Source: Phoronis australis
Lineage: Eukaryota > Animalia > Phoronida
Assembly (NCBI GenBank): GCA_002633005.1
Contig: NMRA01000042.1
Span: 1,123,019 to 1,187,018 of the forward strand
Direction: 5' to 3'
DNA length: 64,000 bases
Within the stretch, counting starts at the first letter, position 1, and each line of letters opens with the position of its first letter. Positions 38,101 to 50,100 of this stretch are shown here, piece by piece. The translations under genes and the position numbers were made by a program. Under the pieces are notes generated by a model. That model was given only the letters and a program-made list of their open reading frames with translations, was not told the origin of the DNA and searched no databases.

Positions 38101-41100
38101 ACAGCACATCATTATTTTAAAGATTAAGACAGCACTGCTGACTCGAGTTAACACACAAAATGTTTATGGTGTATTAGGAGCACATGCATGATGTTTCACT
38201 AAACAGGGAATTTACCAGCTATTCCTCTTTTATGTGTTTAGGAGAATTAATCTTCAACGGTTATTTTACACTTCATCATTATCAGAGTGTTTTAGTTTGT
38301 CTTAAAGTCACAGAGATAGTGCCAAATTATTTGTATAATAATCTCCTTTTTCAATTTCCATACTAAAGGATTTTTTTCTATGACTACAACAAAAATTATT
38401 CAATAGTCACTTCAAAAATGATTACTGTAAAATCTTACTGATTTCAGACAAAAATAATTGCCAAAATTTTACAACTTCAAATTTTCAAAACCTGTAGCAA
38501 AATCGCGTAACATTTCAAAATATTTCGTGGTGGTAGCTCCAGTAAAGAACAGGAACATAGAAAAGCAATTTAATTTACTGCTTCGTATCTTCCCAGGAAA
38601 AAGGAGCAAATGAAATTTCCATTGCCCGCCATTTTGCGTCCTAAATTGGTGACATTTTACAGTACAAAGTATTGACAACTGTGAACTTAATACTCACCCC
38701 AGGGGGCACTGCGGAAGGAGGTGGCACAGTTACAGCTGAAAATAGGTCACAAAACAAGTTTAACGACACAGAGTAACAGTACACGGAACAACAGTACACA
38801 AAACACAAGCTCACTTCAAACTGAAACCAAAACAGCACAGATCCAAATGTGACCACAAGCCTTGTGTGTCGTGTCTGTTAACACATGATAAACAACAAAA
38901 AATCTTGAGACACAAAATTTCTGATGTCAGAATATTTCCCAATTGTTGTTTTATTTTTTTCTGCCCAAGTCTAAAGTGACCATCTGCCTCTGATAACTTC
39001 ATCAACTTTCTGCAGAACATTAGATTTTGATAAACTTTTCGACAAATTTTCAACAACTATAAGAGACACGTTCACAACCTTCAAGTACTTTGACATGCTA
39101 TCCATTTTTAACAACTAGAAATGTCTACAACAGCTGCACCCATTGTACGCTCCCGAGGAGTTTAAAAAAAATTTAAGATTGACCGGGTCTATATCCAGGT
39201 AGCAATTTTTAAATTGCTTGATAATTTACAGCGCTTTGTAAACCTGGTCTAATTTGTAATTTTAATTCTATTTGACAAAGTCTCAAAAGTTCAAAATGAA
39301 GTAACACTAAACAATCGAATACACTGTACATTGTACCACAGCCGCACCTGGTGGAGGTGCCAGTAACTGCTGCTTCTGTTGCTGTATCGTCTGCTGGTAC
39401 TGCTGCAGCTGACTCTGCACATGACTCACAAACTCCTTGTGCTGGTTCTGCAGCGTTGTGTAACGCTCGTTGATGCTCGTCGTTACCTGGGTGACGAGTG
39501 CGGCATGTTGGGTAATCAGGTTAGCCTGTAATAATTGAAGAAACCGAGTCAATACTGCATCCACCTCTAGCTGAATACTTGACTGACGGAAATATCTGAA
39601 CATTTTAGCAAAAACTTTGAATGAACATCTTATAAAGACACAAATGAAGTTTCAATAAAAAACAAATAAACAGTCCACTATTAAACAAATTAAACGATAG
39701 GACAAGAACGATTGACATCTATAAAAACTTGAATGAAGTCAGATTCAATGGCTCTCTAACAGATTCTGTACCAGGAAGATAAAATATTACTTGTCTGACG
39801 GGACAAGTACGTGAATTAGAACAACCATGCAGTGGAACTTTGTTCGAGTTTAGCAGATGTGACGCAGAAGATCCCACTTAAGCAAGTTTTTATTGCCAGT
39901 GCTACATCATGTTTGAAAAGGTGTACAATGTTTAGAAAACTTGAGTCATGCTTGAAAAGCTCCTAACCATGTTTAACTTATTCAGGTGTGTTTGAAATGG
40001 CTGAATTTTGCCAGTTTTACAAGACAAGTGATTGCAATAGAGTTGCATAGCCGTTCTTATATTTTATTCTTTTGCAACAGAAATAAAATCAACAAGCTCA
40101 GCAAGTGAAAAATGTTGTCTAACAATATAATTGTTTTAGTGATTATTAGAAAGGTAGATTCAGACAGGAAAACTTGACGAAAAAATCCGCACCATTTTAG
40201 GATTTTTGCAAAGGGAGACTCCCATGCGGAGTTGCACAACCCACCTGATATGAAGACCAAGCCGTGGGCGGGTCTTTCAGTTGCTGTAACAAACAAGGCA
40301 GCAACATTTAACTATAAATAAACCCAACTGCACCACAATTTGTACACAAAAAATGAATCCAATCAAATTCACCCTGGGCATAACTTTTCTATCAAAAACA
40401 ACTCGTGTGTATCATCAATAACTCAACTATGATCCGTAATCACTGCCTAATGATATGCTTACATCCCAACCAAAGTTTGAGGATTTACTGTTACTTTCTG
40501 AACCACAAAGGAGAGCAGCCAATCACAACCCTGCTATCAGTCGTCTAAACACTCAAATCCATGGCACCGATACACTTAAGATGAATGTCGACTACCTGCT
40601 GGTTTCTCGAAGATTGAATTCAGTTATAATATGCAGAGCTATTGAAGATTTAAGGATATTGTCAAACATGGCAAACACAAATCATAGGCAGCAATAAACT
40701 CACATTCCGTTGAAGAAACAAACTTTTGACTCAGACCGTATGTACTGCCATATAATTCATCTCAACTTGTTCTTTACTCAGATGAGAAGCAATTTCTGGT
40801 CTTGACAAGAACTGACATTTTGTTATTGCTCAAGACTATGTTCCTCCAATCAAACAACACACCGTGGCACGGAAACTTGCAATGTCTGGTCTCAAGTAAT
40901 AACAAAATGTCAATTCTTTCCAAGCGCAGAAACTATATCTATTTTAAGGAACAATTCCAGACAAATTTAATAACCGTAAGTGGTCTGACTAAAAAGTTGA
41001 TTTTTGTGACGGAAGGTGTCTTTACAGCGACTTTAAAATGCTTACAAATTAAACAAGAGCAACGCGGAGCGTTGAAATGCGCCCACAATTGCACCGCATA

Positions 41101-44100
41101 CGGTATCCTTCTAGGGTTGTTTATTGGTACCATAAAGTGGCCAGTAGAGGGCATACTTTGCAAAATGGAAAGGCATGGTCATTGTCTCCTCAATAGGCTA
41201 GGGGCAAAATGTGAGTAATCTTCATAATACAAGCACATCCTATACACCAGTTGCTTAAAGCACCACAGAAACATAGAATTAAAAACAAATTTACCAACAT
41301 ACGAGATTAGCACAGCATTAGAATGCCAGAAACAAATTTCTACTTGGAACTTTTCCTTCACAGTCACGAAGTAACACAAAGTATACACCTGAAGACCTAT
41401 GAAAATACAGAGGTCAATGTAAAATACTAAAATTGCCACTAGAGGCAAATACTAAAATTGCCACTAGAGGCATACCGGTAATCAGAATCATCCTAAAGTC
41501 GTCATCGTCCGTTGTCAACATCACATAAATACACTTGCTAAATTTAGTAAAGATCCTGCAAACGGTTTGGGAGATACAGCCATGGGCGCAAAAAAACAAA
41601 ACTGCCACTAGGAGGCGCCACAGTAGTCCAAATCGTCTGAAAATCATTGTCAGCTGTCTTCCTTATAGTAAGCACATACACGCCAATTTTCACAATCATC
41701 CTTTGAGCGGTTTGGTTGATAGAGGGGTGGACGCAAAAATACAGACTCGAAAACAGTAAAAATGGCCACTAGGTGGCGCAAACTACGTCGAATCCATCTG
41801 AAAACAGTAGGATAGCGTCATCTCACTAATAGGTGCCTACATACCAAATTTCATGAAAATCCGTTCAATACTTTTGAAGATACAAAGGTAAGCGTAAAAA
41901 ACTAAAATTGCCACTAGGGGGCACACCGGTAGTCGGATCCGACCAAAAGTCGTCATCTTCCGTTGTTAACATCATATAAATATACTTACACAATTTGTAA
42001 AGATCCTGCGAACGGTTTAGGAGATACAGCCATAGGCGCAAAAAAACAAAACTGCCACTAGGAGGCGCCACAGTAGTCGAAATCGTCGGAAAATCATCGT
42101 CAACCATCCTCTACATAGTAAGCATATACATGCCAATTTTCACAATCATCCTTTGAGCGGTTTGGTTGATAGAGGGGTGGACGCACAAAAACAGACTCGA
42201 AAACACTAAAAATGGCCACTAGGTGGCGCAAACTATGTCGAATCCATCTGAAAACGGGAGGATAGCGTCATCTCACTAATAGGTGCCTACATACCAAATT
42301 TCATGAAAATCCAATAAGGACTTGTGAAGATACAAAGGTAAGCGTAAAAAAATTAAAATTGCCACTAGGGGGCACACCGGTAGTCGGATCCGTCCAAAAG
42401 TCGTCATCTTCCGTTGTTAACATCATATAAATATACTTACACAATTTCGTAAAGATCCTGCAAACGGTTTAGGAGATACAGCCATAGGCGCAAAAAAAAC
42501 AAAACTGCCACTAGGAGGCGCCACAGTAGTCGAAATCGTCGGAAAATCATCGTCAACCGTCCTCTACATAGTAAGCACATACATGCCAATTTTCACAATC
42601 ATCCTTTGAGCGGTTTGGTTGATAGAGGGGTGGAAGCACAAAAACAGACTCGAAAACAGTAAAAATGGCCACTAGGTGGCGCAAACTATGTCGAATCCAT
42701 CCGAAAACGGCAGGATAGCGTCATCTCACTACTAGGTGCCTACATACCAAATTTCATGAAAATCCGTTCAGGACTTTTGAAGATACAAAGGTAAGCGTAA
42801 AAAACTAAAATTGCCACTAGGGGGCACACCGGTAGTCGGATCCGTCCGAAAGTTCGCACATGCCGTCCCATTCATGAATGGAACATATGTGCCAAATTTC
42901 ATGAACGTATGTCAAAGGGTTTTGGAGATAGAGCAGCGGACGCCGGACGCCGGACGGACGCCGCCCGGACGGACGGACGGACGGACGGACGGACGGACGG
43001 ACAGAGATGACGGCATAATGCGTCCACATATAAATATGTGGGCGCATAAAAATAACAGCATTTACTAAGAAATTAATTGTAAAGCAGGACGTTTTGCTTC
43101 AATGGCAACAAAACACCAGTACAGGTGAGTCATGTTTTACAATGCATTGCTTGGATGTTGTTTTACAATGCATCGCTTGGATATTGCAGTTATTTTTAAA
43201 TTTTCAACACTACCACAATTAAAGATCAGGTATGTAAACACAACACAACTCCAGAAAAAACAGAGAAAATGACGAGACAGAAATTGGTGAATGTGAAAGA
43301 AAAGAGAAATGCATTTAGTGAACAACACAGAATCAGAAAACAATCAGACAACAAAGTGAAGAAACAATAATTACACTCTTCATTTTCTGAAACAATAAAA
43401 AGGTGTTTCCTTTGTCATTTGAAAAAGTTATTGACAAATTCATCACTTAATTTCCCTGAGCATAATTTTTTAGTACATAATGAGTTTGAGAATTTTAACA
43501 GTCAAATAATCTTGAGAAGTTTCGGCAAATGATGTCTGTACTTAATAATTCTCCAGTTGACAAAATACAAAATGAAACAGAATTTGTCGGAGTATATATA
43601 TATTTGCAACGTGTCTATAACTGAAATGCAAGACAGCACAAAGCAAATGAGCCACTCATGTACCACACCACAAAAGGATACACATTACAATAGGATGAAC
43701 ATTGCTTCCAGCCCAAACTCAACTTGATTTAGCTGAAATTGAGTGCAAGACAACGACAGCGAATGCCCCAAAACCTACATGCATTGGCGACACAAGCACA
43801 CACACGCAGCTTTTGACCTTTTAACAGATAGCAAAAACAGATGCGTGCGCATTCCAAACTATAGATAGGCAATCGTTTGCTCTGAAAGCTAGCAATTGAT
43901 ACTGGATAAAAGTTACTATTTACCAGCACCTGCAATAAATTGATTTCCTGGCCGCTTGAAATTAAGTTTTAGGAATGAAGAATGAAACCAGACCACACAC
44001 GAAGTTTACACCTTCAACTTACTTCAGTTGTCTCCTTGGAGAAGTAGTTGTTATTCTCCCAGAGGGTGAGCAGTTTCGTCAACTTTTGCTGTCGCTCACC

Positions 44101-47100
44101 ATCGGCAATGACGTGCGTACTCGCAAAAATTGGCACAACTATCGCCTCTATAGCTTCCTTGAGTGTGCTCACGTTCTTGCGAACACTAGAAAACCACAGA
44201 CATTAATAATTAGTTCATTGTAGGTATTTGTAGGTATTTTAATCCAACCACAGGTCAGTGCTTAACAGGGATCTTAGTGGCAATTAAGAGTGAATGATAA
44301 ATAAGGCCATGTAAAAATAAGCAAGCCATAAAACATTAAGAATCAAGCGGTTATGAGCAAGTCAAAATACATACATACAACATCTGAGCAATGCATTTAA
44401 CTGTTGCTGAGTAAAATCACAATTCCTGTAAAACATTAATCCTTCACAAGTCGTAGAAATTTTTGCAATGTTGTAGTTTGAGATTTTTTAATTGCCAAGA
44501 TGCAAAAGATGGAAACGGTAGATTTCGGATTAAGAAAGCCATTTTTTGTTGAAAAGTGCTTCTAATATTGCAAACAGATTAACTATGGGGTGCAGCAGGA
44601 GAAATTGTCAGTTTTTGATCGATGAGTGGTGTGTGTGGAGAACGAAACTGTTGGTTCATACCAGTGATGAAGGATATCATTGATCAAGTAGATCAGATGT
44701 AGCCTCAGTTCAAATGGAGATGACTTGTCTGTGATCCTGCAACACACAAATAACATTTTGTACTGTGAAGGGCTGTTCCAGCAAAATCTGTATGGGAGGG
44801 GGGGAAGGCACTTTTATTTCATACCCACCGCCCGTATTTTTCATTTATTTCTCCAACCCATGACCCATAATTTTTTAATTATTTTTAATAGGTTAAAATA
44901 TAAAATCCAACACTTGCAAACAAATTGCCTCCAGGAGGACCTGTTAAGAACTTAGATGACTGACAGACAAGAACTAGTTGTCTTGTCCAATATTGTCAAA
45001 AACTAAAGTAGCCTGTGAGCAATACTTTTGGCAGCCACCAGGTGTCTCTGTTCACCATGTGTCTATAATTTCAATGAACATTTTTTCATTTATAAGGATC
45101 TATGAATCTCAAACTGTCTCCACGAACTCTTCTATACTTCTATGTCAAGTGAATATTGGAACTTGTTTATCTTACTCCTCATACTTTTTATTTAAAAATC
45201 ATCAATTTTCTTATATGTGTTAACACCAGTTCAGTGTTGCATAACTTTTCAATTCAATAGGACTGCAGACAAACAGTTGGCTCAAATCAAGTTGCCCATG
45301 ACTTGATTAATGGCTTAGTGAACATATTGCACTCTGTTCACTGGCAATATGGGCTTTTTTGTATTTGGATAAGTTAGGACAATTGCATTTCTTTTTGAGT
45401 TTTTAGGGCTGAAGTAACCAACCTATCGACATTAACAGGTCAAAAAATACCACCCATTTTTAATGCATCACTTCTTACAGGAACGACCACCCATAATTTG
45501 AGTTTTTTTCTGAAGACCACCACCCATGAATTTTTATTTCTACTGCCGTCTCCCCCCTCCCACACGGATTTTACTGGAACAGCCCGAACCATAATTCAGT
45601 GAGTCACACATTTAAAGTGAACTAGATTGCTGATTGTCACTTCTGCATACGTTTGCTAATTAATATTTTTGTCTTCATCAAGGAGGTTCGTTTGCCTTCA
45701 TCCAGGAGGTTCATTTGCCTTCGATTCAAAAGTTACCGTATTTGGATTTTGATATTTGCAGGAGTGTTTGGAAGTTGACCAAGGACTCATCAACAAACGA
45801 TTTTTTCATGACAAATCCAATCCGGACTTCTAGCCAAGTCGAAAACTCAGAAAATGCTAAATGAGTTCTTACTCATACTTAAAAGAAAATACTTGATCCA
45901 CTGCATAACAACTGATTTGAAATCATTTACAAAATATGAGAAAAGACAAATTTATAAACAATCAACCACAAAATTTCGATTTAAGAACTAGTTAATTGCT
46001 TAAACTTTTACCGCAAATTTCCCACAGCTCCCAAATTGCAACATTTAGTAAGAATCAAATGCTGTAAAGAACTGACTGCAATTCAACCACAAAAAGGTAA
46101 AATGTCCAATTTGTGAGGATTTGTAGCCCTTGTGGAAAGGGTATAACCAAAATTCTTCCTCAATTTTTGAGAAAACACTTGAAATCGTTGAACTGTAGGT
46201 AAAATCCACGGCCAATTCCAAATTAAATTCACAACTGTATCGGTAATAAGTGCCGTTAGCATCAAATAGCTTGAAATCCACAACCAAACGAGACTGCATT
46301 ATAAACAAAAAAGCAGAATTTGATCAGCAAATGAAAAGATTGTCTTACGCATGGGAACATATCGAAGAAAGACATCAACTCACCTCACTTTCAAATAGGT
46401 TGCAAACAACTTGCTGTGGTCGTCTGTGACATTGTGTGTGAATATCCAGTTCTTTCCAGCCTGTCAAAGTTCAACATTGTCCATTTACACACAGTGCAAC
46501 AGACTTGCATTGTGTTGTGAAATTTTACATCACGTGACAAGATTGGAAGTCGAGCATGAAACTTTGCCCTCGTTGTTTCCATTTATTTAACATCTATCTA
46601 CGGCGCGAAACAAAGCTAATGATTAAATTCTATTTGCGATTAGAAAAGACCAAGTGACAAGGCACTGTAGTCAAGCGGTACAACAATCACCTGCAGATCT
46701 ATGAGAACATGCTGCTGAATACCTGTGTAAGATATCTTTACCAACAACACATACAAGCACTATCGGAACAACAAGGTCATGACCAGTGATTCCATATTCA
46801 AATCCTATCTACATTGTCACCAACAAAGAACTGTAAAGGAGCCTTCAGCAGTTTTTTAGCCGATCTTGAATTGTTGCCACACGAGATCGCAGCTCACGTC
46901 ATAAGCAATGCGTACTAGCAGTCAGCATCTCTTTAGCTGTCCACTGTTAAATTGTTAAGCGCAGTGCTTTGAAGTTTAAGAACGTTGACACATCCATCTG
47001 ATCTCAAATTGTTGCTGAATGAGCCACCAAGTCACAGGCAATGGGTACACGTGCTGTTTTTGAATCCCCAAGTTTAGGGTTAGCCAACTTCAATGAACTC

Positions 47101-50100
47101 TGAAGCATTTTCTTAAGTCGCTGATAGTTTTGGTGTTCTAGTTAGTAACAGAAATAGAATCCTATCACAGTACAGAACATAGTGAGACTGATGTTTTGAG
47201 AGTGAAGACCTAATGTGATTTGTAGTTTTTAGTTAATTAAAAACGGGGTGGAGTGTAGCTTCAACCTTTCAGTTTGATTACAAATTCTCAACTTTACTCG
47301 AACCGTGCCATTTCATCAGTCAATTCTATAAAAATAGCCAATTATGAAATGTAATTGTTGCATCATACCAACCTACCATGAACCACATCCACCCACACAG
47401 CACTAATTGACACTTCGACGCAAAATCAAGCCTCAAAATTTTCCTTTTTTCTTTTCAGACGAGTAAGTTAAGTAAACTCTGTCCAATAAGTGACAAGGCT
47501 ACATTTTGAGAAACTGTGAAAATGCCAACATGCAGCAATCAAAATTTAATAGGCCTACTGATATTGCATCTTTTGTGCATGACTCTATGATTGGCTTGGT
47601 GACTCCATCCAGCTCGGCCAGTGGCAGTTCACATTTTGTGCTTAGTGCGTTCAGAGCCTCGTCTTCCACTTTGCCGATTTTCTCATCAATTTCGACCTAA
47701 GAACAGACATTAAGATCAAATGTGAGCACAACTTGGACTCAAAGGCACTTTCACTATAATGCTGCCATTTTTTCATAGTCTAATATATAGACATTGAACA
47801 TAAATACTGAGGTCTGGTTCACGCTCCATGCAATAGCAGCCACCCATGAGAGGGCAGAGAAAATATCTCCCATGAAATGAAAGATTAAATCACAAGCTAC
47901 GAAGAGCATTATGCACAATAACAGTGATCAAAATCCCTACTTTCTGTCACAGCCGTTTTCTTGATTGAATTCAGGAATCCATATCCTAGCAAGAAGCAAT
48001 TTTTAAAAAATGTCCAATTTTTGCACTTTTTCAAAATGACAACTGGAATGCAGTAAAGGGCTATGTAATGATCAAAATGTTCAAAGTGAAACTCCCCAAA
48101 CCCCACACATACAGGTGGAGAACAACATACTGTATCTGCTCCCAGAACCCATTTCTAGTCATCGGTAGTTATCACCGCAATCGTTTAAGAACCAGGTAAA
48201 ACATTGATAGGTTATCATGAATCAAGGGGCCGTAGCCATATTTCAGTTACCGTTGAGCATTAAATTTTTTATAAAACCCCTGACCTCTGACCCTACCTGC
48301 TGTTGCTGTATAAGACTCTGGTACTGAGCCGCCAAGTTCTGCTCACTCTGCTTGACTTGTGTATCCACCTGTTGTTGATGCTGGGCAAGCTGCTGGTCCA
48401 ACTGCGCCACCTGCTGTTGGACATTGGGGGCAGGAGTGGTTGTGGCGGCGGTGACGGTGGGGGTGGGCCCAGCTTGCCAGGGGGCACTCTGAATGGCCTG
48501 CTGCACCATGGCCTGTTGTTGCTGAGCTAGCTTCTGTTTCTGTTGATTCATTACTGCAACAAATGATCAAAATGTTGGAACTCCTTCGAACTACAGCAAC
48601 TTAATAGAATACATGTGAAATCAAGAAGTATAATAACAGATGGACATCAAAATGAAATTTTAAGACGAAAATATGCGGTATAACTTTTGAATAGAAGGCA
48701 ATGACTTTAAAATTTGAGGTACTCAAATCTACAAAAATGTTTACTTACGCAGACGTAAGAAAATCAGCGAAACTCGGAAATATAACATAAGTCGTCACAA
48801 CACAAAACTGACATCCTCCGATGAAATTAATTCATTTGCAACAGAATTTCAGTCATATGTAACAATTGATTTGCTCTGGAGAAATGCAAGAACACTATAG
48901 TTTGATGTCGCACAATTTTGTTACTCAAACTGCAAATATTAACTACCTTCATTGCATTTAAGAAATCGGTGAAAGAAAATGCTGCATGAGTTATATTCTC
49001 AACAGCAACTTAAACCAAACCATACGAACTAGAAGTTATTTCTTTTATGGATCTACCAAAAGACCAGCAATTATTCAGGAATTCATGAGCTAAACTTATT
49101 TTGCAGTATCACCAGTACGCTTGCAGTGTTCACGTAGCTCTACACGTTTATAAAATCGGAGTGGCATTTCATCATGAGTTATATTCAACAAGTCATCACA
49201 TGTTCTGATTATGAACAACATACTTGCTTGTTCCGTCGTCACCCGGTACTGGTAGTAGTTGAAGAACTCGCCACCAAACAGGAAGGAGAACTTAGGATTC
49301 TCCTTCTGTTTACCTTTGGTCATCTGTTCAAACTCCGGTCCATTGCGGGCGACAAAGTTGGCAAGCTTGTCAATGATGTTCTTCAGTTCCGGGTCTACAT
49401 TAGAAACAAAAATTATGTTGGTAAGTCAAGAATGACTTTTCATGAAATGGGCCTCAGTCCAGGCTCAGACAGGGGCTTATTTCATGAAAACTGAATTAAG
49501 ACTTAAGACCAAATATTTGTCAAAGTTAAGACCGAATGTCAGGAAAATCATTTCATGAACACCAATTTTGATGTTCGGTTTTATCTTACATCTATAGATA
49601 GTTTTATTTCAACACAGATGAGCATACAAACTACTAGGCAACACGTAGCCCCTCGGCTGGCCGGTTAGGGGCTACAATACTTACCATCGCTTTCTGTACG
49701 CATTTCGTCCCTTGTATTTTAAACGGGCGGTAGGCCAAATCCGGCCACCGATTTTGAGTTTCCACCTTGTCAAAAATATATTCCACACTTAAAACTATCA
49801 CTTAAAAAAGCGCTAATACTTTCTTCATTGGTCCTTTCTACTTCTGTACATATCTTCGATGAAGTTTAGTTGTTAGAATTAAGGTGACTTTGCTGAAGAA
49901 TTCCAACTCTACTTTTTTGGTTGCGCGTGATAACCACAAAGTATGTCAACTGAGTCACGTAAGTTAGGCAAAGGCTAGCGCGAGACTGAGCGAAGCGCAT
50001 GACACTAGTGCATGACACTTGCACAATAACATGAGAAGGTATCAGGTGAAATTTGTAAGATTTGTGTCCCTTGGACTTTTTATTCATCAACATGCGTGAT

